From contig OZ287752.1 of NCBI GenBank assembly GCA_965649765.1, positions 87,482,001 through 87,546,000 of the forward strand: a stretch of DNA of 64,000 bases, given 5' to 3'. This DNA is from Bispira polyomma. Lineage: Eukaryota. The stretch's first letter is position 1, and each line of letters opens with the position of its first letter. A model generated the notes under the pieces. That model saw only the letters and a program-made list of their open reading frames with translations. It searched no databases and had not been told where the DNA came from. This document shows positions 22,654-35,437 of this stretch, in pieces. Both the position numbers and the translations under genes were made by a program.

Positions 22654-25600
22654 CTAAAATATATAAAAATTTTGACACCTGTTTAATTATATGTTATAAC
22701 CATGTTTTATACATCTAAAAATCTTTAGACCTTAACAAGGCTTATCCTTACAACTCAACTTGAATACCTGTATCTTTATTTCTGGGTTCAAGCCAGCTCA
22801 CAGGAATTTCATAGTTATAACTTCTGATGTGATCAACATGCAGCATCAAAAAGTGAAAATCCGAGGTTTCTTGAAATTGATAATTTAGGTCACCTACTCT
22901 CCCTACTACTAGAAAAGGTCCTTTCCAATCCCTACCAAACTTAGTTTTGCCTGTGGGGAGGTGATAAACCCAGACCCATTCTCCAACCTTAAATTTCCTT
23001 ACTTGGGAATTTCTATCATATGACCTCTTTTGTCTAATAGCACTTATTTTAATAGCCTCACTGACTTTGTCAAATGCATTTTCCATAGTTTCTCTCACCC
23101 ACTAGACATACTCAAAGGGACATTGTGGAACTTTTTGATCATTGACTGTGCTATACATTATACCAACTGATAACCAAACCTCACGACCAAACATTAATAG
23201 ATTTGGAGTACACGATATGCCATCATAACGTAATGCAAATGTTTGTCCCAATCCGATTTTTCAGTATCACAAAAGGATTTGAGCATTGCCTTTTGATTAG
23301 GCAAAGAATACGCTTCAACATACTTTGTATAATAGTCAGATACTACTAAAATATAGTTGTTGTGTTTTTCAGTTTCAGGTATTGGACCTACTATATCACA
23401 AGCAATTTTCTCCATGGGCGCAGAGATGAAGTCTGGCCTTAGTAGAGCTTTCTTAGGCATAAGCCCATGTTTGTGACTATCACAGACCTTGCATTTGCCT
23501 ACCCACGTCACTATGCCCTGTTTGTAACTTGGCCAATAAAATGTTTCCCTCAACTTAGGCAATGTTTTTCTGATCCCAAGATGACCAGAAGTTTTGTGGT
23601 TGTGTAAGTGATGTAAGATTTCTTGCCTCATTAGTTTTGGTACAATATACCGATTTACAGATGTGTTTTGATTACTAGGTAACCATTTTCTGTATAGGAT
23701 TCCATTTGACAGATCAAGCTGTGCCCATTGTGAACATAAAGTTCTGACCTCGGGTCTCTCATGACTTAGTTTGACCTTGTCAAGGACATTACCCTGACAA
23801 TTGAACTCTATGACCTTTGATACAACAGAGTCATTCTGTTGTGACTTTCGTAATTGATATACTGTGTAACTATCTGCCCAATTACTAAACATATATTTTG
23901 ACCTTTTACCAGTACTCTGTGGAGTTTCACAACTGTTTTTCCTAGTCACAATGCTAGTGTGTTGATTTTTCAAGGTCAGATCTTTACTGTTTGAAGGAAG
24001 GTTTTGATCACTATCGCAACTAGTAGATACCTGGGAGCAAGAAGCATTTGAGTTAGTAACCATAATAACTGATGTTTTAAATCTATCTACTCCAAAATTC
24101 TCTTGACCTTGACTCTTAAGCCTTTCAGCTTGACCTCTAGTTATTACACAAACACATTAATCACTTTTCAATGCACTGTCCTCACAGTCATCCCGATTAC
24201 ACTTTCTGGGTGGCTGTCTAGATAGACCTTCAGCATTCAAGTGAAGAATACCTTTACGGTGTTGTGTCTTAAAATCATAGGAACTTAGCACCGATAACCA
24301 CCTGGCTAACATACCCTCCTGTTCCTTAAAATTAACTTCAAAGATTCATGGTCACTACTCAAGATAAACCGCCTTCCCCACAAGTAGTGATGGAAGTGTT
24401 TAATAAAAACAACTGCTGCTAAAAGCTCTCTCATAGTTGTACAGTAGTTTTGTAGAGTTTTACTAAGTGTCTTGCTTACAAAAGAAATGACCTTTTCTTG
24501 ATCATTTTCTTGAATTTGAGATAAAACCCCGTCTACACCATAACAACTAGCATCTGTGACAAGCATAAATATACTGTCCTTGTTTGGATAAGCTAATACT
24601 GTTGGTTTGCTACTCAGTTTCATTTTCAGATCTATAAAGGCCTTTTCACAATTATCATCCCAAGCAAATTTGATGGTTTTTTGGTAAGTGCATGCGGAGG
24701 TGCAGCAAAAGTTGAGATTGACTTGAGGTCTTTCCTATAATATGAAGCCAATTCTAAAAAAAGACCTCATTTCCTTTACAGTTTTTGGTATGGGCCATTC
24801 CTGAATTACCTCCAGTTTCTTAGGATCACAAGCTACCCCTTCCTGGAACATTTTACACTTGGCTGGCTTCATAACTAATTCAGCTTTAAGTAGTCTTTGA
24901 AGATTTTGAATGGTTTCAGGAAATGTTTTTCTAAATGTAATAATATCATCCAGATAAAGGACTGCGTTTGGCCATTGTAACCCACTTAAAACTAACTCCA
25001 TTAAAGATTGAAATGTTTCTGGGGCATTTGAAAGGCCAAATGGTAGAACAGTGATCTGCCTTAATCCTCTCCTATAGGCAAATGCAGTTTTACATTTGTC
25101 CTCAGCATGCATGGCCACTTGATAATAACCTTGGGCCAAGTCCATTGTACAAAAGTATTCAGAGTCTGATAAAGAGTCTAAACACTCATAAATTTGCGGT
25201 AAAGGTACTGCCGATTTTCTCATTACATTGTTAATTGGCGATAATCAACACAAACCCGAATATCACCAGTTTTCTTGGTTACTATGACTAACGGAGATGG
25301 CCATGGACAGTTACTGGGTTCAATTATACACTGTCTCCATTTTGCCAAGTCTCTCATCAACTAGCTCTTGTTGTGAAACAAGTAAACACTTAGGAAATTG
25401 TGTGATGGGTACAGTATCACCAGTGTCAGTTTTGTGCTAAACTAAATCAGTTTTCCCAAGTTGCCCGTCAGGACTTTTAAATATGTCCTGATATTTGTAC
25501 ACTAACTGGATAAAATCAGTAATCTCAGTATCGGTCAGTTTATCGGATGCTTGTTCAACTGAAGGTCTCAAATAGTCAGGTAGGTCAGGTAAATACCCTT

Positions 25601-27476
25601 CTTCTATTTTATTCACCTTAGCAGCCATAGTGTCCTGTACAGATTGTGGGTCTGTTTTAAAATTGCATATATGTTTCACTGGTTCAAGTACAGCTACAGT
25701 AATACCTTTCAGAATCTTAATTGGATCCAGTCCTACATTAGCTACTCTAATGGGTACAGTATTTTTCTGAACTCTCACTACTGATTTGGCAACTAAAAGT
25801 CCTGTTTTCTCATTCGGTGTATGCTTGGGCTCAATTAAACCAATGTTAAAGTTTAAAACCCAATGATTTAACTTTACAAAATCACCTACAATCATTTCGT
25901 GTTTTGGAGGTACACAAAAAGTTTCATTTGCCTGTATTCGGGCACATCTAGTGTTACTTTTCTAGTACCCGACCACAAATTTTCATTGTACCTTTGGATA
26001 CATTTCATAGGCATTTTTGGTCTTCCATGAAATCTAAGCCCAGAATTGTGCTGTTATCACCAAGAGTTACAACTTTTACTGGTACTTTGATCATTTAACC
26101 TTGAACTTCAAGACCTATATTCGTTTGACCTAACACATTCATTACTTCGCCATATGTGTGTTTCAAAATTAGATTGACCTTTTCTAACGGTAGCCTTTTA
26201 AAGTCAGGGATACTATCACAAACAAACTATCAACAATTGTATATATTGATCCTGTGTCAACTAGAAACTCAGTTTTATCACCTATCACATTACCTTTAAC
26301 ATACCAGCATGAGGAGCTAATTCTTTCTACGACACCTTCAAGTGGGCCTTCACATTTACCTGCTAAGAACGTGAACCCATTCCCAGCACAACTTTAACCG
26401 ATTTAAGTTTGTCCCGGCACCGCTACTGTATTTCACATTAGTGGCCAGATTTTGGGGACAATCCCTTAAATAATGTACTTTTTCATAACACCTATAACAC
26501 TCAACCTCCTTTGATTTTTGACCTTTGTCCATATTTGGGTTCTTGCTAGACTAGTAATCAGTATGTCTTGACCCTTTGATAACTTTTACTTGATCATTTA
26601 GGTGATTGATTTGATCATTGTTTTTCTTTAGTGTGGACAAAATATCTTGTAGTACTTTGTTACCGGACTTGTCTTCCATTGTACAAACCCTACTGTATAT
26701 TTCTGCCGGATTGAATCAATTCTCTAGCTCAGCATTTAGAGCATCATAATCGTGAGTATTGATTTAAGGGGCGATATCACTAAAAACCCTCTGAGCCTCC
26801 CCCTGTAAACTCATTATCAACTGAGTGGCTTTGTCATAGTCATTCCATCCATTCCAATTGGCAACAGTTTCAAATTGAGTCAAGTAATCTCCCCATTCTA
26901 CCGTTTGCCCATTGAGTTTGTCTGAGTCCCTTTGTTTTTGATGGTACCTTGGACCTGCATGTGTATATAGATGACCTTGATTTGGCCTATTGAATGCATT
27001 ATCATGATGGGACGCACCACCAAAATTCCCACAAGGTGGTGGCCACCCTGCACCTGAGTAAGATCTCCTTACATTTGCAGTTTCTTGACCCCTGTTCAAA
27101 TTTGAATCCCAAAACCTAGCTAATGGTCTTAATGCCCTCAATGAATCAATAAACTCACTATCACCCTCATCTTGTACATTGTTACAGTTTTTCCTATTAG
27201 GAATCCTATTATCATAGAAATTAGGTGGAGCTGTGGCTGCAGATGTAGGTCTTTCGTATCTGATTTGCACAGAAGTAAACTATATTTCAGAATCAGGCCC
27301 TGTTCTACCAGATTCCTTATCACGCCTTGGATTAGGCCATTTAGGTATCCAGTCCCGAACAGTCTGCATCCAACTCCTTGACCTAACTCCTGTCATCTTA
27401 AGCTAAACTCCCTTTATGTATTTATATATTTTTTCTCTACTAAATCTTTAGTTAAAACTTCCCACCAAATAACCAA

Positions 27477-27494
27477 ATCCTGGTTACGGCACAA
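27477..27494 (-). promoter_or_regulatory. Degenerate tRNA-His primer-binding site
   Basis: Minus-strand TTGTGCCGTAACCAGGAT resembles the tRNA-His PBS TGGTGCCGTGACTCGGAT and lies a few nt after the LTR-terminal CA at 27501. Confidence 0.65.
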
Positions 27495-27500
27495 AAAATA

Positions 27501-27968
27501 TGGTGACCTTGAGTTAAATCAGGCTTCCAGATTGGTCGGACCAAGTTCAGATGTGGACCAAAGTGTTTGATAAATTTCAATAGACTTGTGTTCAAAATTA
27601 GTGCCAGTTCAGATTTGGTTATATACAAGAGTATCTAATATTGAGCTCCTGTTGGTTATGGGTCAATAATTAGTTATAAATGACAGAAGTAATTTAAATT
27701 CAACAGTATAATTTATTTTAACAAGTGTATAAATAAATATGTATTTTACAACTTTAGAAAATCAATTAATTGCATATAAAATACTCTCTCAATGAATCAA
27801 CTCTTTTAGTAGTACTATATTTATGAATGGATTAGCTGATCCAATTATTACAAGTAAATGTATTTATTTACTAAACTCCAAATAGCAACCTAAATTATTT
27901 GTCTCTAAAAATAATAGACGGTTAAATTTAGTGACGTCACAACTCGTCAGCTGGCTAGGGCCATCTCA
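27501..27968 (-). repeat. 5' LTR of the second gypsy element (468 bp, internally deleted)
   Basis: Minus strand TGAGATGG...GGTCACCA. Bounded by the PBS and sharing two blocks with the 3' LTR. Confidence 0.7.
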
Positions 27969-28049
27969 GTAAATAGACATTTTATTGGTAGAGGTCACCA
28001 GTGTAGTTAGTTGGTGAAGATTTCTGCACTATATACCACATGACTGCAG

Positions 28050-29120
28050 CAAGTCCATAAACATCTTTTCAGCATACATGCTCCTAGCAAAATTGAGGAT
28101 TTTAAAAATATCATAATTTGTGCATGATATACCCAATAGCATCTGTAAAATGGTCAGGTCAATTTGAACTTGAAATGATTGGCTTATTAATTTCTGGATT
28201 TTTTTCCATGGAGGATGGACATTCTGATATTCAAAATAAAAATGTTCAATTGTATCTAGCTTATGGCAGTTTCTCGATATGGACTTTTAAATTTTTCTTA
28301 CGTGGAGATTATAGTTATAGGGTGAAAATCTATGTAAAATGTTGTACTGAAAGCTTTATATCCTTTGTTCCTTTGTAACAATTGTGACAAGACTAAAAAT
28401 AGAAGACCAGACCAGTGTTTAAAGAAATGGGTAATATTTGATCTATTTATTACCTGAAGATGGTAATTTGAAAAGGTAAGGAACTGATAAATAGTCTTGT
28501 TTGTTATTTGCTTTAAGTTTTTCTTAATATGCTGACCTTCATACCTTGGCACATTGTTTTGTAGGGGGCCTATTTTTAAAATATCTTGCAATTTTCTAGG
28601 AATAGCTGATACAAGAGAATTGTATTGCATTATGGGAATTTTGACTTCGAACTTTTGTTCAAGGTCTTCCTGTGTCAAACTCCTATTGTGCAAAAGAATA
28701 TCACCAAAAAATATTGTGTCTGCTTTTTAAAACAGGACAAATTTGGTAGTTAGTGGCTTCTTTTTAATGAAAATGAGTCTGTTTATTTTGAAGCTTTTCA
28801 GAAATAATCTTATGATCACTATCAGGTTCAACAGAAAAAACTTATACTGGCTTTCTAAGACCTGTGCCACTGGTATAAATGATTGATCTCATTTGCGGTT
28901 TTTCATCTTCTAAACTTGTCATTTTTAAAGGTAAGGGCTTCCAATAATTGCTATATATTGATTGGTCCTTAGTTAGCATACATTTTACTCACATTGATTT
29001 GATAGCACTGATCATATCCTTAAAGGCAATCATTAGGAGACCACCTTTCGATATTTGATTGACCACAACATTTTTTTATTATAAATTTTGTAAATATGCA
29101 TATACATTTTTGATATTATT
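28050..29120 (-). mobile_element. L1/Tx1-clade LINE ORF2 C-terminal fragment
   Basis: KGGLLMIAFKDMISAIKSM near 29050-28990 and LEQKFEVKIPIMQYNSLVSAIPRK (ORF 28298-28693) are typical of the post-RT region of Tx1-like elements. Boundaries are approximate. Confidence 0.65.
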
Positions 29121-30146
29121 ACGGGGTAATTTTAAGTAAAATGCACAGATGACAGTTATGCACACTATTTAAAATTTAAAGTTATAGTTAAGGGTTTTAC
29201 AAACAAAAGACCATAAAACAAAATTCATTTATTTTTGTCAAAGAGGATTTTTGTCAAAACTAGAGGAAGTTTGTAATTATGATCCAATGTTTAAATGATC
29301 CATTCAAAAATTAATATGCATTTTACAATGCCAAACAACCTTTTTAATTTTGTTCGATATATTTGTTACATTTGCGGATTTACTACATTTGTGGTTATTA
29401 CGTTTGTGGTTTCCCTATTTATTACATATATGGCTATAATGTTTGAAATTCTACCAGTAGAAAGCCCAATTTAATCTATCAATTTGTTCTTTGTTTTATC
29501 AAAAGCCCAATTCGATTTGTCAATTTAATCTTTGTTCTATCAAGTTTATGTTGGTAGAAAGTCGAATTGATAAATGTAAAGAAATAGAAAAAAGCACAAC
29601 CTTCTATGTATGTTTTGTTGTTTTAGAAAAATTCAGTTATTTGTTGTGTCCTAAATGATACCCTCAACCAATCAACATCAACTTGTAAAACTTCCTTACT
29701 TGAACTTTCTACGTGCTCAGTACACTGGATGGGGTTTATATCAGACAAGTCAAGCATTGCCCGATAAATTGGTTAGATTGTCTGTCACCCAGAATGTATG
29801 TCATTGTACAGTTTGGTCTTGATTCCACCAAATCCTTTGTGTACCTGTCCAGTACACTAGTTTGCGTTTATATCATATAAGCATTGCCAGATAAATTGGT
29901 TGGATTGTCTGTCACCCAGTATATATCTTATTGTACAGTCTTGCGAGTCTATCAATCAGAATACTAGTAAAAAAAGCTGATTTATTTAATACTTTACTTT
30001 CCAATGCCTGAAAAAAATAGTATCCATAACCCTTAAAACAAACTTGACTCCAACATATTTGTATCGAGGCTTTAAAAAGTGCACTTTCTGAATATTACAT
30101 TTGATGAGCACAGAGATTATTTATTCACTTTGAATTTATATCAAAC

Positions 30147-30475
30147 AAGAATTCATGAAGAACAAGGTGTAATCACCTCAGTGCTCCAGAAAATAGTATA
30201 AACCTAATCACCCCCCCCCCCCCCTTATCACAGAAGAATTCATGCAGAACAGGTTGTAATCACCTGAGTGCTCCAGAATCTAGTGTAAACCTAATCACCC
30301 CCCCCCCCCCCCCCATCACACAATGATTGACAAAGAACAAGTTGTAATCACATCAGTGCTCCAGAATATAGTGTAATAGTGTAAACTTAATACCCTCCAC
30401 CCCCACCCCCTGTTACACAATAATTGATGAAGAACATGTTCTAATCACCTCAGTGCAGAATCCAATGTAAAATAT
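30147..30475. repeat. ~87-bp tandem repeat with poly-C tracts, ~4 copies
   Basis: AAGAATTCATGAAGAAC..TGTAATCACCTCAGTGCTCCAGAA..CCTAATCA(C)n at 30147, 30234 and onward. Confidence 0.9.
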
Positions 30476-31576
30476 GTCAATGCCAGGTGAAGTAAACAAG
30501 TCTTAAAGGTGTATTTAAATGTTCTACCATGTTCCAGGCCAAATCTTACATATTAATGGTACACTGTGACCACGCTTCTTGCCTTTGATGTTCTATAATG
30601 ATATGAGATGATTGACCTGATGATGTCAGACCAGCAGATGATGTGGCATCCTTCTAAAATAACCTTAAAACTCACCTGGTCAAACAAGAACCTGGGGTTT
30701 AAGTCACGCATGGAGGAGTTGGTCTGGTGATCAAAACTATTCCCAAAATTGGCTTGATAACCATCTTGGGCAAGATTGTGAACAAAGCCTTGCCAACTGA
30801 TGTCTACTAATTGGCTATGTATCAGGATCCACAAGTAAATAATTAATCCATTCAGACATTCACTCTTCAGCAGACGCAGAAGCGTTAACCATCCACAATA
30901 CAAATAGAATTAGTGATTTACCAGTGCAGGACCATTTTATGGAGTCATAAATGATCTGTCAGACAGATCTTATGTATGTAACCGCAATATGTGAGCTTAC
31001 ACTTAGGCAGGAGTATTTAATGATAGGGGTTTGAGATCTCTGAATAAAACAACTTCTAGTTTTCAGAGTCTGTGCTTTACTTTTGTCTGTGCATATATAC
31101 AAACTGAATGAGTGTGTCTGTGTATGTGCTGGATAACCTAATGTCACAACATGCCATCTTGACATCTTCTATTTACATCTATACAATGGAAGGAGAGGTC
31201 CTAGCCACTGAAACACATACAAGACCATACACCATATCAACATGGGAAGTATTCACTTGTAGTATTAGCCTACGCTTCCTTTCAGCACATTCCGACGCTC
31301 CATGTAAAATATTTAAAAAAATTTTTCCTTAATATTGATTCTAAAAACTGACAGTCCTCCCAATTTTTTCGCTCGCAAACAGATAAAATCTGTTGGCCCA
31401 ACAGACGTCGGCCGACGTAGGATTGGATCTGATGTAAATATGCTGCAAGAAAGCACTTTGGTTATATTATGTAGTGAGCAATAAATTCGGCAGACATCGG
31501 CCAAGAAAAACATGCTGAAAGGAAGCGTAGGCTTAGACTTATTCTGAAATGTTAAAGGTCTCACATTTAACATATT

Positions 31577-31852
31577 GGGCCTCATTCACGAACAAATGAA
31601 AACTATTTTTGGTTTAAAGTTTTCCTTAGAACTGGTATTCACAAACACTTTTTAAGTTTTACTTAGAATCCAAGTTAGGAAACAAATATCAAGGTACCTC
31701 ATCTGTTCCCTTAAAATCTAAGTCTGTTTTTTCTCAAAAATAGGTAAGCTTCCTTTTGTTAAAACAACTTTGATCCTAAGTAAGTAAAAAAATCAAGAAA
31801 ATACTTAAAATCTGAGTGAGGAATGGAATTTCAGTTGTTCGTGTCAAAGGCC
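31577..31852. mobile_element. Harbinger-like MITE
   Basis: GGCCTCATTCACGAACAAATGAAA ... TTTCAGTTGTTCGTGTCAAAGGCC imperfect TIRs. A similar left end GGGCCCGTATTCACGAAC occurs at 53156. Confidence 0.6.
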
Positions 31853-32441
31853 TCAGGGCCATGATTGAAAGACCACCACTGATCGAAAATTGTGTACAAA
31901 AAGGAGGAAATGAAAGTGAGTGGGCAAAATTGGGTTTAATGGCAGGTTTTTAAGTATTGTTTTCAGGTAGCATAATCAGAAAAGCATGATAAGCTAGAAC
32001 ACTGCAATAAATGCATAAAGAGACAACGTCCATTTCACACTAATTACCAGATGATCCAATACTGAGTAAAACAAAGCTGATTAACCAAGGATAAAAACTC
32101 CATCTTTGTCAATTTTACAAATAGCGACCATTTCTTTACATAACTAAGTCATAAATATGAGATGCTATGTCATTAATTTCAAGGATACAAAGTCATAATT
32201 ACGACATTGGTTTTTCAACAAGTAATAAAAAATATTTAGGTATTTATATATATATATAAAAGTTGAGTTGAGTTGCATCTCTCTGAAAACACTTAGACTT
32301 GAGGTGAGATGAAATATCAACTCAGTTTGTATTCTCCAATATTTGCTCAACTCAAGCTTAAAACAAGTTTGATTGGCCTGTTGTTATTTTGGACCTGTGC
32401 CAACATGTCTAGACTTGCGTCTGACTTGCTCAGCTTGAGTA

Positions 32442-32975
32442 CCAGTTGGTGACAATCTCAGCACACAGGTAAACCAATCCGGATTGAACCAGTTGGTGAC
32501 AATCTCAGCTGTTGTCTGCGTGTCTCCGCACACAGCTAAACCAATCCGGATTAAAGCAGTTGGTGACAATCTCAGCTGTTGTCTGTGTGTCTCCGCACAG
32601 AGGTAAACCAATCTGGATTGAACCAGTTGGTGACAATCTCAGCTGTTGTTGGTGTGTCTCAGCACACAGGTAAAACAATCTGGATTGAACCAGTTGGTAA
32701 CCATCTCAGCTGTTGGTGGTATGTCTCAGCACACAGGTAAACCAATCCGGATTGAACCAGTTCGTGACAATCTAAGCTGTTATCTGTGTGTCTTAGCATA
32801 CAGGTAAACTAATCTGGATTGAACCAGTTGGTGACAATCTCAGCTGTTGGTGGTATGTCTCAGCACACAGGTAAACCAATCTGGATTGAACCAGTTGGTA
32901 ACCATCTCAGCTGTTGTTGGTCTGTCTCAGCACACAGGTAAACCAATCCGGATTCAACCAGTTGCTAACAATCTC
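32442..32975. repeat. 67-bp minisatellite, ~7.5 copies
   Basis: CCAGTTGGTGACAATCTCAGCTGTTG...AAACCAATC(C/T)GGATTGAA at 32489, 32556, 32623 and onward. Confidence 0.95.
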
Positions 32976-33123
32976 AAAGATTACAAAGTTTGTCTCAGTT
33001 TCTTTCATATATCGAGTGCTCTGTGGTACTGGTTTGTAACTTGTGCATTCTAATATACGGTTTCAATGAATAAATTGTACTTCCATGAGAAAAGTATATA
33101 AGACATGTATGTACATTATGGTG

Positions 33124-33375
33124 GTTTTTATTTTTTTATTTTATTTTAATTTGGATATTTAACATTCACTCTAGTACCTGTTTAGGTTATATTGGGACGG
33201 GTAGTTGGAAACGCTGGAGGAAACACTGCATACAGTTGGTCAAGGTTCTGCACTGAAACCAGCGGCCCACAGTAAGGAACTACCACCTTTCCCACATAGG
33301 CATTGACGGGATTCGAACTCACGCCACACAGAGGTGAGAGACCAGTGATTTTGAAGCGCAATGCTTGTTAACCAC
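33124..33375 (-). mobile_element. tRNA-derived SINE family 1, copy A (5'-truncated)
   Basis: B box GAGTTCGAATCCC and an A-rich tail. 16-bp TSD TATGTACATTATGGTG at 33108-33123 and 33376-33391. Near-identical to the copies at 33835 and 46549. Confidence 0.92.
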
Positions 33376-33539
33376 TATGTACATTATGGTGCCTGGAGTT
33401 AAATTGTAATCAAGAAAAGGCTTCTCTGGAAGCTGTGTCCGATCTAGAGAAAAAATGTGCAAACTGTCCAACTTACTGTCTTATTTCACACCTCCAATGA
33501 TCAATTGACAGATTTTGAATCCACACCTAGAAACATAAA

Positions 33540-34840
33540 AGGGTACATGTAAAGGAACACATACAGGAACACATACAGGTACTTGGACATATACAAGTAC
33601 ACATACAGGAACACAGACAGGTACACAGACAGGTACACATACAGGTACACATACAGGTACATGTACATATACAAGTACACATACAGGAACACAGACAGGT
33701 ACACATACAGGTACTCATACAGGTACACATACAGGTACATGTAAAGGAACACATACAGGAAAACATACAGGTACTTGGACACATACAAGTACACATAGAG
33801 GAACACAGACAGGTACACATACAGGTACTCATACTTGAATTTGAATTTGAATTTGGATATTTAACGTCCACTCTAGTACCTTTTAGTAGGTTATATTGGG
33901 ACGGGTAGTTAGAAACGCTGGAGGAAACACTGCATACAGTCGGTCAAGGTTCTGCAGAGAAACCAGCGGCCCACAGTAAGGAACTACCACCTTTCCCACA
34001 TAGGCATCGACGGGATTCGAACTCACGCCGCCCAGAGGTGAGAGATCAGTGATTGTGAAGCGCAATGCTTGCTAACCACTAGGCCACCGCGGCCCCTACA
34101 GGTACTCATACAGGTACACATACAGGTACATGTAAAGGAACACATACAGGAACACATACGGGTACTTGGACATATACAAGTACACATACAGGAACACAGA
34201 CAGTTACACATACAGGTACAAATACAGGTACACATACAGGTACACATACAGGTACATGTACATATACAAGTACACATGCAGGAACACAGACAGGTACACA
34301 TACAGATACTCATACAGGTACACATACAGGTACATGTACACATACAGGTACTCATACAGGTACACATACAGGTACATATACAGGTACACATACAGGTACA
34401 TGTACATATACAAGTACACATACAGGAACACATAAAGGTACACATACAGGAACACATACAGGTACATGTACACATACAGGTACACATACAGGAACACATA
34501 CAGGAACACATACAGGTACACATACAGGTACTCATACAGGTACACATACAGGAACACATACAGGTACACATACACGTACTCATACAGGTACACATACAGG
34601 TACATATACACGTACTCATACAGGTACAATAAAAGGTACACATACAGGTACATGTACATATACAAGTACACTTACAGGTACACATACAGGTACACATACA
34701 GGTACTCATACAGGTACACATACAGGTACATGTACACATACAGGTACTCATACAGGTACACATACAAGTACATACACAGGTACACATACAGGTACATGTA
34801 CATATACAAGTACACATACAGGAACACAGACAAGTACATC
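33540..34840. repeat. 12-bp satellite CAGGTACACATA, interrupted by a SINE
   Basis: Tandem units on both sides of 33835-34096. They explain the QVHI, CMCT and YTYR ORFs. Confidence 0.95.
33835..34096 (-). mobile_element. tRNA-derived SINE family 1, copy B (full length)
   Basis: Starts GGGGCCGCGG; A box TGGCCTAGTGG, B box GTTCGAATCCC, (ATTCAA)n tail. Flanked by TACAGGTACTCATAC at 33820-33834 and 34097-34111. Confidence 0.93.
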
Positions 34841-35437
34841 TATATATTTTAGCCATTCAAGTTAAACAAAAATATTAATCTGCAAAACATGATTGGATAA
34901 CAGAATGTTTTATTGTACAATGGATAACCTTACAAAAGAAAGCTCATCTGTCATGTAAGAAATAAATTGATTATATATTGACGATCTATTATTTCTGAAT
35001 ATATACTTATACAGTGAGAAAGACATTAAGTTTCTAAAAATATTAAACTAGTCACCATGAGGTATTCGTATCGGCTCCACTAGTGGTTAAATGTTTAAAA
35101 ATGTGGTTTTCCTACATGTTATTAACTTAAAGCAATCATCACTTGAAGTAAGTAACGATAATGATCCAATACATTTGGTCATTTAATGATCAAATAAATA
35201 TTGGTTATTTAGCCCTTGCTGATACATGTGACAAAAGAAGAATTCCGCCAATTTTGTTCAATTTTTAATTCCGGTTTTAATTTGGGATGTAAACTAAGTC
35301 ACAATTGCTGAATTTCGATTTGTTTTCTATATTTCATGAAAAACTAATACTAGGAAGAAATAATGTTTTTGTTTTTTATAATTTGCTACTTTTATCCTTT
35401 GAGCGATTATTAAATTGATTGGGGCCGACAGTTGTCC

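Larger units (their letters stand above)
21005..27968 (-). mobile_element. Older Ty3/gypsy LTR retrotransposon, canonical gag-PR-RT-RH-IN order plus an extra 3' ORF, heavily decayed
   Basis: Gag ..WGDYLTQFETVANWNGW..KATQLIMSLQG (26764-27270); CCHC CYRCYEKVHYLRDC near 26455-26505; protease FLVDTGS near 26241-26270; RT MDLAQGYYQ/YLDD (24735-25223); RNase H TDAS/RELLA (24306-24623); integrase H..SGHLG..CKVC/DIVGP (23194-24063); WKGPF (22748-23098). Many frameshifts and stops. LTR remnants at both ends. Confidence 0.93.

Noticed and set aside
33501-34856. Cys-rich CMCT ORFs resembling metallothionein or keratin-associated proteins
   Set aside because: They are a by-product of the 12-bp satellite, open on both strands and interrupted by a SINE.
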